Sequence record: NC_041911.1
Length of the DNA stretch: 64,000 nt
Reading direction: 5' to 3' (one strand)
Made by a program: the position numbers and the translations under genes. Shown piece by piece: positions 38,976 to 49,350 of this stretch; the first letter of the stretch is position 1; each line of letters starts with the position of its first letter. Below the pieces are notes generated by a model. It ran no database searches, was not told where the DNA came from, and worked only from the letters and a program-made list of their open reading frames with translations.

Positions 38976-39679
38976 GGTTTTATAGGCTCGTCAAATATGA
39001 AATGTGTCTCTGGAAAAGCATTCTCGCTGTCAGGATGTTCGTCGGTCAGAACGAATCCATGAGCCGGGATAGCGTAATCCTTTTCCTCTCTAATCATCGT
39101 TTTTATCCATTCTTCAGCGAACTCGTCATTTACGAGCATCAGATCGTACGTTGGTGTGAGTTTTTCATCAACGAAGTCATAGGCACGATCATGGTTTACA
39201 TATTTGCCATCAACGTACAATCGATTAATGCGGCAAGCGATCGGATGACCGTCAACCGTAGTCTCTTTGGCACGTAGTGCTTTGCGGATGAGCTTTGGCA
39301 CCTCTTGCGCTTTAAAACTAGGATTGAGTACCCTAGGGTCGTATTTCACCGACAGCAGCGCATGAAGCGTTATATCGCCTTTATGCGATGACTCCTCAGG
39401 GAACAATAGCAACGCGACTTCATCGTTGATCCGCTCACCCTCGACTCCGGAGCCTTTCAGAATCAGTGATTGAAATTTACCATCTTTGTAATTGACGCTG
39501 GCCTCTAGGCCGTAGTTGTCGTAAGAAAGTCGGAACTCGCGCGACGGATGCGTCGCAAGGCACTCCATTACTTTCGCCGTAATATTTTTTCGTGCTATCC
39601 GTACACTGCGATGTTTCGGGAATTCCACGGGATGCATTACAATCGATCTTGTCGAAGGCGTCTTCTTGGGTTTATCCAT
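38972..39679 (-). CDS. Degenerate LigA adenylation-domain paralog
   Basis: SYDNYGLEASVNYKDGKFQSLILKGSGVEGE aligns to [31 protein letters not shown]; catalytic Lys absent. Confidence 0.6.
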   Translation of the reverse strand: MDKPKKTPSTRSIVMHPVEFPKHRSVRIARKNITAKVMECLATHPSREFRLSYDNYGLEASVNYKDGKFQSLILKGSGVEGERINDEVALLLFPEESSHKGDITLHALLSVKYDPRVLNPSFKAQEVPKLIRKALRAKETTVDGHPIACRINRLYVDGKYVNHDRAYDFVDEKLTPTYDLMLVNDEFAEEWIKTMIREEKDYAIPAHGFVLTDEHPDSENAFPETHFIFDEPIKP

Positions 39680-39771
39680 GGTCTCATCTTTCCTCTGTAC
39701 ATATTTTAACCGTCGTAGTAAAAACGGCATAAAACCCACTAAGAAGCCGAAGCCTCCTAGTGGGTTTGTGT

Positions 39772-40047
39772 TTAATGCAGGTGTTTGGTCGGTTCGAAAG
39801 GAGTCCACGCAAAAACCTGTCCCGGCGTGAAGACGCTCACAATTTCGTCATCGGTATCGATGAACACTGGTTCAACCGTGCACGACTCGCCATCGAGGTC
39901 GAACGAAATGGTGCCAACGACGGCGCGCAGTTCCTCACCATCACGTAACTGGATAATGACGACTTGCCCCTGTTCCGGCCAGTAAGCAGCGGGATGAGGC
40001 TCTAGTGATGTTGCATTTTTCCACAACTGGATCATTAACTCAGACAC
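39772..40047 (-). CDS. Hypothetical protein
   Basis: 91 aa, AGGAGG SD. Confidence 0.7.
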   Translation of the reverse strand: MSELMIQLWKNATSLEPHPAAYWPEQGQVVIIQLRDGEELRAVVGTISFDLDGESCTVEPVFIDTDDEIVSVFTPGQVFAWTPFEPTKHLH

Positions 40048-40099
40048 ACTGCACCTCCTATCAAGAAGCTCTATAGGATTTAGCAGAGCTTGTTACGTG

Positions 40100-40618
40100 T
40101 TACTGAACTGCTGTTTCTTTCGCATCAACGGACTTCTCGTCTTTCTGTTCGGTAATACTGTTTTGATTGTTGCGATCTGCATACGAAACATGTGCAGGCA
40201 ACGCCGCCGGGAGTTTCGGGCGAGAAGCAGCCAAGCTTTGCGGTACAACTGCATGATACGGATCATCGCCAGAATACAACTTCGGCTTGGTAGTGGGAGG
40301 CATGCGTTGAATTTTCACCGAACGCAAAGGTGCTTCGGTATGGGATGCGGAGGCAGTACCGAAACGCGGAATATTTACAGTACGGGCTGGCGGTTCAATG
40401 TGTGTCGTAGGAGCAGAACCGAAGCGTTGGATGTTTACCTGGCGTGCTGGTGCTTCGACGTGTGAACTGGATGCAGAGCCAAAGCGCTGGATGCTTACAG
40501 CGCGAGCGGGTGCCTCGATATGCGGCGCCGGCACTTGAGACGGAGCAATGATACTGACTTTGCCGGCTTGGACTTGACTGGCTGCAAACAGAAGGAAACC
40601 TGCGAGGAACATTTTCAT
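40100..40618 (-). CDS. Secreted protein with 4 x 20-aa repeats
   Basis: Signal peptide MKMFLAGFLLFAASQVQA; repeat HxEAPARxVxIQRFGSA. Confidence 0.75.
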   Translation of the reverse strand: MKMFLAGFLLFAASQVQAGKVSIIAPSQVPAPHIEAPARAVSIQRFGSASSSHVEAPARQVNIQRFGSAPTTHIEPPARTVNIPRFGTASASHTEAPLRSVKIQRMPPTTKPKLYSGDDPYHAVVPQSLAASRPKLPAALPAHVSYADRNNQNSITEQKDEKSVDAKETAVQ

Positions 40619-40687
40619 GATTCTGCCTTTCTTTCTAATAAGGGAATAAAGCCCGGGGATTTCTCCCCGGGCGTTTATGCCGCTAGA

Positions 40688-42517
40688 TTAGCGGACGCTG
40701 GTGATCGTGATGCGTTCGAAGGTGCCGTTCTTCAGCTTGGCCAGCAGAACCGTGCCAACACGACAGAAGATACCACCAACACCCTTACCACCGGCAGACA
40801 CATCCATTGGCATCTTCTTCGACAACTCGGTCAGAGCACGGGAGTGACCGAAGTGCTCGCTGCGAATCATCGTACCCAAGATGCAGCTGCCATACTGGCT
40901 CAGCGCGTTGTAGAAGTTGGGAGCGAAGCCTTCGATGTGAAGGATGTAGCCGCTGTCCTCTTGTTCAGGACGAGCAACACGGACCACGGCTGCAACATCG
41001 ATCGATGCCGGCGGAGTAACAATCGAAGTTTCACCAGCCCACTCAGCGATCACGCTGTAGTGGTACGGTTGAGGAGTCGTCAACAGCAGAGAGGTATCGT
41101 GGATACCGTCAACGAAGTTCAGCAGCTGAGCGTGATCACCTTCTTCAGCGGCAGCGGTAACGAATACCGGCAACATGGAAGTCGATTCATGGGTAATTTC
41201 CAGCGACTGATATTCCGACAGACCGCGGATGAACTCGATGAGCGACATGGTCTTGCGTACTTCGACGTCACCGAGGATCTCATCCATCTTTGCGTTGGCC
41301 TTCAGATCCGGGTTCTTCTGCTGCTTCAGTTCACCGAAAGCAGCGTCGAGAGCGGAACCAACCGGGCCGGCTTCAACTTGCTCTGCAGCAGCCCCTTTCC
41401 AGACGACTTGCTTGGCTTCGTCGAGCGGCAACAGGCGACGCGACAGCGAGCCACGCAGGTTGTTCTCGGTCAGGAACTTGAACGTTTGTTCGAGCGAAGC
41501 TTCGGAGGCTTCGGCCGTCTTCTGTTTGTAGTTCTCGCCGGCAGTGGCTTGCTTCAACAGGGCCTTAACACGGGTCAGGGCGGCGGCCATGTCGTCGCTG
41601 TCTTTCAGCTCAATGGTAACGTCGAGCACGATGCCCAGCAGCGAACCGTTGATGTGTCGCATCCAGGAGTTGTCGTTCACTTGCAGCAGCGACCACAGGT
41701 ACAACGGGCCATTGCGCGACTCGGTCTGCACGCGACGCACGCTGCGGATCAGTTCGACCAGCGCGTCACCGCGACCCAGCGCAGTGTGGTCTTGATCGCC
41801 GATGTTGGCTTTGACGTACACGAGTACCTTGGCCAGCAGGTCGACATTCAGCCCGTGCCAGATGATCTGCTGGAACAGGCGATCCACGTACTGGAAGTCA
41901 GCGAACGAAGTACGCTTGCGGTTGTACTCACGCACCAGGTTAACGTCTTCGACGCCGTAGAAGTGCTGGAAGCCGCCAACAACGCGCTCGGTCAGCAGCT
42001 TTTCCGACAGACGTGCCAGCGGCATGTAACCAGGCCGGCTACGCTCGCCGTTGGACAGTTCTTCCATGACCTTGGCGATGATCTCATCGGAGTCAGCGAT
42101 GCTACGAGCTGCTTCGAGAACCGGATAAGACAGCTGACCGTTTTCGTCCATGGCGGCGATGCCAGCCATTTCAGCCCAAACGCTGCGACAGTAGTCGCAG
42201 TTGAAGTGTTGATGCATGCTGGCCGGCAGGGCATTACGCCAATGGAAGAAGTTCAGCGGACCGTAGCTGGCGAGGTATTCACCCGGACGAGTGCCGTAGG
42301 TGGCCTTCTCTTGCACCAGAACTTTGCCGCTTTGCAGAGCTGCGGTAATGTGCGCGCCGATGGCGCGGCGGAAAGCGTCGTAGGAGCGATCAGCTACGTC
42401 TTGATCCGGATGGATGTCGTCGCGACCACCTTCCTTACTTGCTACCGCAGCATCGACAGCCTCAACGATTTTGGGGGTATTGCTTTGTTCATCCATTACG
42501 CTTACTTCGATGTTCAT
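40688..42517 (-). CDS. Large hypothetical protein (CxxC), strongly codon-biased
   Basis: 609 aa, HFNCDYCR; long antisense shadow ORF indicates codon bias. Confidence 0.85.
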   Translation of the reverse strand: MNIEVSVMDEQSNTPKIVEAVDAAVASKEGGRDDIHPDQDVADRSYDAFRRAIGAHITAALQSGKVLVQEKATYGTRPGEYLASYGPLNFFHWRNALPASMHQHFNCDYCRSVWAEMAGIAAMDENGQLSYPVLEAARSIADSDEIIAKVMEELSNGERSRPGYMPLARLSEKLLTERVVGGFQHFYGVEDVNLVREYNRKRTSFADFQYVDRLFQQIIWHGLNVDLLAKVLVYVKANIGDQDHTALGRGDALVELIRSVRRVQTESRNGPLYLWSLLQVNDNSWMRHINGSLLGIVLDVTIELKDSDDMAAALTRVKALLKQATAGENYKQKTAEASEASLEQTFKFLTENNLRGSLSRRLLPLDEAKQVVWKGAAAEQVEAGPVGSALDAAFGELKQQKNPDLKANAKMDEILGDVEVRKTMSLIEFIRGLSEYQSLEITHESTSMLPVFVTAAAEEGDHAQLLNFVDGIHDTSLLLTTPQPYHYSVIAEWAGETSIVTPPASIDVAAVVRVARPEQEDSGYILHIEGFAPNFYNALSQYGSCILGTMIRSEHFGHSRALTELSKKMPMDVSAGGKGVGGIFCRVGTVLLAKLKNGTFERITITSVR

Positions 42518-42686
42518 GTTTCAACTCTTTCAGATGGTTGTCTCAACTACGATGGGATTGGCGCTACATATTCTTCAAGCGCCAGGTTAAAAAAGCCACA
42601 GCGTCATAAAAGCCCCCGCAACCACATGGCTGCGGAGGCCCTGTTTCTACAGTTGTGAGAGAGAACTAGGGTGAAGCCAAGGTGAT

Positions 42687-43346
42687 TCAGTAAGTGTTGC
42701 GGGCAACGAGCATAGCTGTTGCGACCGGAGGCTCTTTGGCGGCGGCGAAAGTGGCAGCACTTGCTGAAACAGGATAGTATCCCTTAGGATTTTCGAAACG
42801 AGAGGCTACGGTAATGGGAAGCTCATTCTCGAATCGGTACTGAATTTCGGCCTTCCGGGCCTCGTTGTGACCAGCTTTAAGCTTGGCGTAATAGTTTTTG
42901 GCGTTACTGGAGTAACACCGTTGAAGGGCGCGTTTCAAATTGCCGCGGTTGCTATCGATACAATCGGAGAGAATCTGAGTTCCCACTTCGATATTCGTTT
43001 CGATGTTTGTCGGACTTCGTCCTCGCAGTTTATCACGGTGGAAGCGTGGGACGACTTGCATGAGGCCCTGTGCCCCATAGCTACTTCGAGCAGTGGTTCG
43101 GAACCGACTTTCGGTTTTGATAAGGGAAATGATCAGAAGCGGGTCCAGCCCTTGTTTTTTGGCATTGGAGAAAACCGCGTTCACAATACGAACAGCTTCA
43201 GCCTTGTGGACTTTGTTGTTCGACTGATCCATAACGACGTTCACCATCGCAGCTTTGGAGTGAACGATTTCATCGGCGAATGCAGGAAGTGCAATCGTCA
43301 TCAGCATTGCGATCGCCACAATCGCTCGCTTGATTAGTGCAGTCAT
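42687..43346 (-). CDS. SLT-family lytic transglycosylase
   Basis: Catalytic TES, GAQGLMQV, NIEVG; N-terminal signal/anchor. Confidence 0.9.
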   Translation of the reverse strand: MTALIKRAIVAIAMLMTIALPAFADEIVHSKAAMVNVVMDQSNNKVHKAEAVRIVNAVFSNAKKQGLDPLLIISLIKTESRFRTTARSSYGAQGLMQVVPRFHRDKLRGRSPTNIETNIEVGTQILSDCIDSNRGNLKRALQRCYSSNAKNYYAKLKAGHNEARKAEIQYRFENELPITVASRFENPKGYYPVSASAATFAAAKEPPVATAMLVARNTY

Positions 43347-43506
43347 GAGTAACCTCCATGAGATAGTTGAACCACACACCACTGGTTAGAGTAGTGAGTG
43401 ATTGAAATAGCCTGATTTCTCTAGGCTATGGCGCGCGCATAGGATATAGGTCAAGAAAAGGATAAGCGGGCCAGCCGAAGCCAGCCCGCTCCCTTAAGAG
43501 TGTGGA

Positions 43507-43890
43507 TTACTTAGAACGCCAGCCGTGATGCACTGCCTCGGAATAGTAACCGCTCGACGTCCCTAACCAGCGAACATCGACGTAACCCTTCAGAGTTGCG
43601 AACTTGTAGAACGTCCAGGTAGACGACTCACCCCATCTCGTATCCTCTTCACTCTCATGTTCAATCTCTTCAGCCATCAGCAGGGGTGAACCCACTAAGT
43701 CTTGAAGATCGCCCACGATAGATTCGATGTTTACGGATTCGCAGCAGTCTTGGTAATGACAAAACACATACTTCCGCCCATCTTGCAGCGTAAATACGAG
43801 TTCATCTTCACCATCTACCTCGATGTGTTCAACATTCACCATCACCTGACCCAGCAAATCATCCAGCACATTCACGTTAATAGCATTCAT
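43507..43890 (-). CDS. Hypothetical phage protein (HxQDCCE motif)
   Basis: HYQDCCESVNIE...WLGTSSGYYSE. Confidence 0.8.
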   Translation of the reverse strand: MNAINVNVLDDLLGQVMVNVEHIEVDGEDELVFTLQDGRKYVFCHYQDCCESVNIESIVGDLQDLVGSPLLMAEEIEHESEEDTRWGESSTWTFYKFATLKGYVDVRWLGTSSGYYSEAVHHGWRSK

Positions 43891-44016
43891 TTGTATTCTC
43901 CGATTTTGGAAAGCGATCCGCTTCTCGGAAAAACACTAAGTCTGCTATTGGGTCAGGCTCACTCTTTACTTCAACTGTGATTAATGCGTTACATCTGCAT
44001 AACTAATGCCATAACG

Positions 44017-44039
44017 GTAATATATTGCCAGCGAATTTT
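44017..44039 (-). promoter_or_regulatory. phiKZ-type early promoter box (TATTAC)
   Basis: AAAATTCGCTGGCAATATATTAC, near-identical to 60822-60844. Confidence 0.6.
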
Positions 44040-44099
44040 ACAGACCAAAAATAAAATGACGACATAAAGGCAGGGCTTTCGCCCTGCCGCTGTGCCGGA

Positions 44100-45110
44100 T
44101 TAAATCCAGCGCCGTTCAAACAGTGCCTGGATCATCTCCAGACCCTCGCTTAAGGGCATGATGAAGCTTGCTGCACACTTATGCCCACCGCCGCCGAAGC
44201 GCTCTGCTACTTGCTTAGCGAAGCCCTTCTCTTCGTCGGTAGAGCGTACGTTGAATACCACGACATTGCGCTTCACTCGGAAACCGATCGAAACATCCAC
44301 TTCGAACTTCTTGCAGATGAAACCACCCAGTTGGGAATGAATGATGCCCAAGCCATTGTGAACAGCATAGCGCGCGATCTTCACCTTTGTCTTTGGTGGA
44401 GTCCACGATCCCTCCGCTACAGGCTGACTCGGGACGTCATCGGGAGGCAGTCCTACTTGCTCTTTGGTAACGTTGCAAGGATTGTCCACCCACTCCACGA
44501 AATCACCGAAGCCCATATTGCTGCCAACGCTAGTGATGCTGTGCATCACGCTCTCGTTGTACTGCTCGATGGTCTTGCCGGTCTTGATAGCGTGTTCCAT
44601 CGCTTCCGGAACAGTGCAGAGCAGATCCCACTTCGCCCAGTTCTGACGAACACGATCGAAATGCAACCAGGACTCGAAAGCACCAGTGTCAGGGTACTTC
44701 CATGCCCACATGTCGAAGTCATCAACCAGCAAGCAAGCCAGCGGCGCCGAACTATCGGGGAAGAAGTATTCCCATGCCAACAGAGCACCAGACTTGGTCT
44801 TATCGAAGAAGGCGTACGGCGCGGCCTTCAATTGCTCTTCAGCAGTAGCGTGGTGATCGAGTACCTTCAGCAGGCCGACTTTCTCGTAGACCTTGTCGAG
44901 AGTCTGACGATCGTACGAGAAGTCCAGAATGTAGACCTGGTCTTCTTTGGTGAAGGAATCGATGTCGTACGGAAAGGGTTGCTTGTATTGAACTTCCCGG
45001 AACTGGATGGTGCTAACATCGATCCCGATGTTATCCTTGAAATGGCGCCAAGCAGCGTACGCGGCGAATCTGCCATCCGAATCCGCGTGATGTAAAACGT
45101 AAATGGTCAT
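44100..45110 (-). CDS. DHH/DHHA1 phosphoesterase
   Basis: HHADSDG, ILDFS, LDHH, KSGALLAW, GGGGHKCAASF. Confidence 0.9.
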   Translation of the reverse strand: MTIYVLHHADSDGRFAAYAAWRHFKDNIGIDVSTIQFREVQYKQPFPYDIDSFTKEDQVYILDFSYDRQTLDKVYEKVGLLKVLDHHATAEEQLKAAPYAFFDKTKSGALLAWEYFFPDSSAPLACLLVDDFDMWAWKYPDTGAFESWLHFDRVRQNWAKWDLLCTVPEAMEHAIKTGKTIEQYNESVMHSITSVGSNMGFGDFVEWVDNPCNVTKEQVGLPPDDVPSQPVAEGSWTPPKTKVKIARYAVHNGLGIIHSQLGGFICKKFEVDVSIGFRVKRNVVVFNVRSTDEEKGFAKQVAERFGGGGHKCAASFIMPLSEGLEMIQALFERRWI

Positions 45111-45162
45111 GGTAGGGTCTTTTCGAAAGGGATGCCATACAAAACCCAACTCGTGTAATAAA

Positions 45163-45193
45163 CGGCATAAAGCGAGTGGGTTTCCCCACTCGC
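45163..45193 (-). terminator. Hairpin plus TTTATGCCG
   Basis: cggcataaa-gcgagtggg-tttc-cccactcgc. Confidence 0.8.
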
Positions 45194-45199
45194 CCACAC

Positions 45200-47488
45200 T
45201 TACCAGCTAAGCTTCGTTGGTGCTGCGATGATAACCGTCTCCGATTCTGCCCCTACCGACAGCGATACGCTGCGATGAGTTCTAACGTGAGGACCGCCGT
45301 GTACCCATTCCGCGCCATCGGAGAAGTAATGGAACGGATCGAGGCTTTCTTCACCAGATACCAGGGATGGCTCACTCCGCGATGCGCTCACTGAGTGCTG
45401 AGTCAGCTCACTGAGTTCATTATCGATAAAACCAAAGAACTCATGACCGTCAACCAGCTCCTCCAGACCCACTGACGAACCAGCCGTACCCAGCATCGCT
45501 TCGACTTGAGACTTGGACCATGCCATGATGTCCAGAGAACGAGTGGAGATGTTAGGCTCCTTGCCCGTATCCAGATACACGTCCCAGATTTGCACGACTT
45601 CAGTCTGACCCAGACGATCCACACGCGAGCAAGCCTGTTCGTATTCGTGATCCCGGAACGGAGCATTCAGGAACACGACAGAGTTGGCCATGATCAGCGG
45701 TACTGCAGTGGACAGAGACTGCAGCGTAGCGATCAGCGGATTGCTGCGCTTGTCCTTATCGAACTGCGAAACAATCTGCGGAAGTTCACCGTTTGTCTGT
45801 CCGTAGACTTTCAGCGGGAAACCACCCTCGTCACGAATGATCTCTGCGCAGCGATCGACCACTTCGACGTAACTCGTGAATACCACCGTCTTCTTGATGG
45901 AGTTCTCGATGATGTCAACCAGTGTAGTGTCGAACTTCTCACCCGTCTGCATATCGGTGACTTTGTACGAGTCCCAGGCAGATAGCATGTCCACGTTACA
46001 CTGTGTCCGCTTCTTGCCGAGGATACGACCCAAAGCCTCGCCTTGCACTTTGAGCTTCACGTACTTGTAAACCGAACGAGAGTCTTTGAACGACTCTTTC
46101 AGTTCCTTCGGTAGAGCCGGGAGGATAAATTTCTTCTCATAGGCGTTACAGAAGATCGGTTCGGTCTTGTGCACCATCGGATCGTACGAGGTATGCAGCA
46201 GCTTCGCAGTGCGTACGTATTCATCGAAGGCCTTGACTTCCGCAGAGGTCTTCAGGGTACGTTCGTAGAAGCGCAGACCAGCTTGGTAGTTCTCGATGTA
46301 CGTCTTCATGTTCGCCCGGTAGTAATCCAGACGTTCCTTGACGAACTTCGTCATTTCCTTGCTGATGTTCGCCAGCGTGTAGTCGTCGCCATTCTTCAGC
46401 GTGACATCCACACGGTACTTCTCCACCGTGTTGCCAACGATCTGCTGTTTGTCGATCTTGAAGGTCATGTACCCCAAGCGGTGAGCAAGGATGTCCAGAC
46501 CACGAGCCGAGGAGAGGCCGAAGATGGCGCGGAAGCGCTCTTCTGCTTCCTGATCGAAGAACGGGTCGATCGAACGCAGGATCGGAATCACTTCCGAACC
46601 CATGGCCTTGATCGGAGTACCGGACGTCCAGAGAACGTCTTGGCAGTCAACGATCTTGCAGAGCTGCAAGAACAGCTCGGTACGCATCGACTTCAGTTCG
46701 TTCAGGTTGTGCGACTCATCCAGAACGATGTTGATCTTCTTGCCTTTGAAGGCCGGATCTTTGAAGAACTCGACCATTCGGTCAAGTTGCTCGTAGTGAG
46801 CTACGTAGTAGCGGTAGCCTTTCTTCAGCTCGTCACCCGAAGTCGAGTACCAGTACGGCTGCTTCTCTTTGAAGATCCACGACAGAGTGTCGTGCCAAAC
46901 GCGCTCCACCGCATTCTTCGGCACGATACAGATCGTGATATCCGTTTCCAGACATTCCGAGACAGCAATAGCTGCGATCGTCTTACCCGAACCCGGAGCC
47001 GCACCAAGGATGGCACCTTTCAACTGCCAGCGAGATACTGACTCGTTGTAATACGCCAAGAACTGATTCTGATGCGGAAGCATGTCCTTGGTCAGGCGAT
47101 TCAGGGCTTTGAGATTCAGGCGCGGGGTGAACGTCTCGGCAAAGGCCGTCTTCATCCAGGTGTTGGTTTGCAGCTGGTCAATTACTTCTTGCAATGCGTT
47201 ACGATTCACACGAGCGCGACGCTCACCCATCAGGCGCTTACAGACGTAGTAGAAGTCAGGAGCGAAGAAGGGATGGAAGTCCAGCTGGCGGCTTTTAACC
47301 TTACGGAATAGGTTGCCGGAGATCTTGCTCGTCTTCCAGAGCTTATCGATCTCGTAAAGGAAAGGTGGCATTTTCATGCCAAGGACGCGGATGGTTCTCA
47401 GATCAATCTGATTGACCTCCGTGCCCGTAAAAAATGACAGAGCTGATTCGAACATGATCTTTGGCTTCTGGGGAAAAATAGGGCTCAA
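45200..47488 (-). CDS. SNF2-like SF2 helicase
   Basis: APGSGKT, LDESH, TSGT, QACSRVDRLGQ; start may be 47455. Confidence 0.9.
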   Translation of the reverse strand: MSPIFPQKPKIMFESALSFFTGTEVNQIDLRTIRVLGMKMPPFLYEIDKLWKTSKISGNLFRKVKSRQLDFHPFFAPDFYYVCKRLMGERRARVNRNALQEVIDQLQTNTWMKTAFAETFTPRLNLKALNRLTKDMLPHQNQFLAYYNESVSRWQLKGAILGAAPGSGKTIAAIAVSECLETDITICIVPKNAVERVWHDTLSWIFKEKQPYWYSTSGDELKKGYRYYVAHYEQLDRMVEFFKDPAFKGKKINIVLDESHNLNELKSMRTELFLQLCKIVDCQDVLWTSGTPIKAMGSEVIPILRSIDPFFDQEAEERFRAIFGLSSARGLDILAHRLGYMTFKIDKQQIVGNTVEKYRVDVTLKNGDDYTLANISKEMTKFVKERLDYYRANMKTYIENYQAGLRFYERTLKTSAEVKAFDEYVRTAKLLHTSYDPMVHKTEPIFCNAYEKKFILPALPKELKESFKDSRSVYKYVKLKVQGEALGRILGKKRTQCNVDMLSAWDSYKVTDMQTGEKFDTTLVDIIENSIKKTVVFTSYVEVVDRCAEIIRDEGGFPLKVYGQTNGELPQIVSQFDKDKRSNPLIATLQSLSTAVPLIMANSVVFLNAPFRDHEYEQACSRVDRLGQTEVVQIWDVYLDTGKEPNISTRSLDIMAWSKSQVEAMLGTAGSSVGLEELVDGHEFFGFIDNELSELTQHSVSASRSEPSLVSGEESLDPFHYFSDGAEWVHGGPHVRTHRSVSLSVGAESETVIIAAPTKLSW

Positions 47489-47583
47489 AAGATTGGTCGT
47501 ATCAGCCGTGTGAAAACAAAAAATAAAGAGTAGACATAAAAGGGAGAGGCCGAAGCCCCTCCCTCTGAATTCAACTGCCTTTC

Positions 47584-48123
47584 TTATTCAGCAGGGAAGA
47601 CTGCCTGTACCAACTTGGTGAAGGAAGTCAATGGCATGCTTTCATCTTCAATAGCCGCAAGCATGCCATGAATTACCGTCTCACGCATGCCGGGGCCATA
47701 GTAGATGCTCACGAACTTGCGGATGCGTGCTTCCACTTCATCGGGAGAGATGCAACAGCGCTCTACCAGTTCCTTGAATGTCACGAAGTAGACATTGGAC
47801 ATCGGTTCATCTGCGCGGCCACAGGCAGCCGCGATCGTTTTGTGCATGGCCAGAGACGCAGTAGCCATAGCTGTAGCTATAACGTCATCGTGCACCTGCA
47901 TCTGTTCAGCCACGTCTTCTACCGATTGCTTCATTTCGAAAGGAACGATCGGCAGAATAGGTGCACCAGGCGGAGTGTCGAGTTCGCGCTGCATTTGCGC
48001 CATGTCGTTACGCAGCTTGATAATGCGTTCACGCAACTCACCGCAGTACATTGAATCGTAAAGCGGATTTTCGAGATAACGGTCGACACCATCAACAGCT
48101 TCGAATAGTACATCAGAAATCAT
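47584..48123 (-). CDS. Hypothetical protein, paralog family A
   Basis: YFVTFKELVERCCISPDEVEARIRKF...KLVQAVFPAE. Confidence 0.75.
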   Translation of the reverse strand: MISDVLFEAVDGVDRYLENPLYDSMYCGELRERIIKLRNDMAQMQRELDTPPGAPILPIVPFEMKQSVEDVAEQMQVHDDVIATAMATASLAMHKTIAAACGRADEPMSNVYFVTFKELVERCCISPDEVEARIRKFVSIYYGPGMRETVIHGMLAAIEDESMPLTSFTKLVQAVFPAE

Positions 48124-48140
48124 AACACTCTCCTAATCTC

Positions 48141-48575
48141 CTAAAATGTAGGAGGATACTTGCCAGAATCGATATCCGCTTGTGTCACGACTTTATCCAC
48201 CGGTAATCCAGATGAGCCAATTCGTCTCTCTTCAGGAAAGACTGCAGCTATCAGTTTAACGAAGGTAGGCAGCCCCATGTTTCGATCAATAGATGCCTTC
48301 AAGAGGTTGTTGACCAGCATCGGGGCGCTGGAAGCCGAGTATTGGGTATTTGCGAATTTGCGGACACGCCGTTCCAATTCTTCGGACGTAATCTCGCATT
48401 TCATCAGCAACTCATTGAACGCCACGAAGTAAACCGTAGTCAGTTCCGCATCGTGAAATTTTTTACGATATTGTTCCACGTCCTGTCCGCGCACTCGCGC
48501 ACGCATAAGCGTTTGTTGCATGTGGTCAGAGACAGCTTGCATAGCGATGCTTATGATGTCCTGTTCGTTTGCCAT
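48141..48575 (-). CDS. Hypothetical protein, paralog family A
   Basis: YFVAFNELLMKCEITSEELERRVRKF...KLIAAVFPEE. Confidence 0.75.
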   Translation of the reverse strand: MANEQDIISIAMQAVSDHMQQTLMRARVRGQDVEQYRKKFHDAELTTVYFVAFNELLMKCEITSEELERRVRKFANTQYSASSAPMLVNNLLKASIDRNMGLPTFVKLIAAVFPEERRIGSSGLPVDKVVTQADIDSGKYPPTF

Positions 48576-48611
48576 GGTACTTCCTTTCCTTTACAGTGGT
48601 GTGGTGCAGCC

Positions 48612-48992
48612 TTATTCATCCCAGTTAGGGCAGAGTTCTGCAGTCCAATCCCAGCAGCGCGCCATCACTTCACCGACACGCAAGAGACCCTCTCGGTCGC
48701 AGGAATGCATGTAGTTGTTCTGGAGTTCGTCCAGTATCCAGTCAGAACAACCATCCCACTTTACGCTACCGTGTAGGAAGACTTCCGCATCTTCCAGTTT
48801 TTCGACAGGAGACGGAGAAGATGAAGCGTCCTTTTCATGCCAAAGCGGTGCGTCGTCTGGTCCGATGCCTTCGATATGGTAGACTGTGTATTCCACCCGG
48901 TATTCAGCCGGGACCGCTACCACGGTGAAGTTAAGATCCAGAAAATGTTTGATGTGCTTAACCGGTGCTTCCTGCTTAGTAGGCTGTGACAT
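48612..48992 (-). CDS. Hypothetical protein
   Basis: 126 aa, GSVKWDGCSDW. Confidence 0.75.
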   Translation of the reverse strand: MSQPTKQEAPVKHIKHFLDLNFTVVAVPAEYRVEYTVYHIEGIGPDDAPLWHEKDASSSPSPVEKLEDAEVFLHGSVKWDGCSDWILDELQNNYMHSCDREGLLRVGEVMARCWDWTAELCPNWDE

Positions 48993-48999
48993 TACTACA

Positions 49000-49350
49000 C
49001 TATCCTTTCTTCAGTATTTGCTGTGCTTGCTTTGTGCAGAATTGACGGAACTGCTGCTGCAGCGTTTCGCTAGTATAACGCCAGCCCCATGGGTATGCGC
49101 TGCACTTTTCCTTGGTCACATCAGTGCCTTCGTAAAGTTCACTCTCGAAAGCTAAGGCGCTTTCCGCCATGGATTTTTCCAATGGTGTTTTGGATTCATC
49201 CAGCATGGCTGTAAGCTGACCGATGGAGAGCGCTGCTTTGATGCAATCGCGGATGCCTTGTTGTTCGCGCGGAAGCAGGCACGAGTAATCGCCTTGCCGA
49301 AGATACTTAGCGATCAACTCGTCAGTGATCTGATTAGGAGTCTTACTCAT
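49000..49350 (-). CDS. Hypothetical protein
   Basis: 116 aa, ATGA coupling. Confidence 0.7.
   Translation of the reverse strand: MSKTPNQITDELIAKYLRQGDYSCLLPREQQGIRDCIKAALSIGQLTAMLDESKTPLEKSMAESALAFESELYEGTDVTKEKCSAYPWGWRYTSETLQQQFRQFCTKQAQQILKKG

Noticed and set aside
40520-42658. 712-aa plus-strand ORF
   Set aside because: Antisense shadow of the codon-biased 609-aa gene; no motifs
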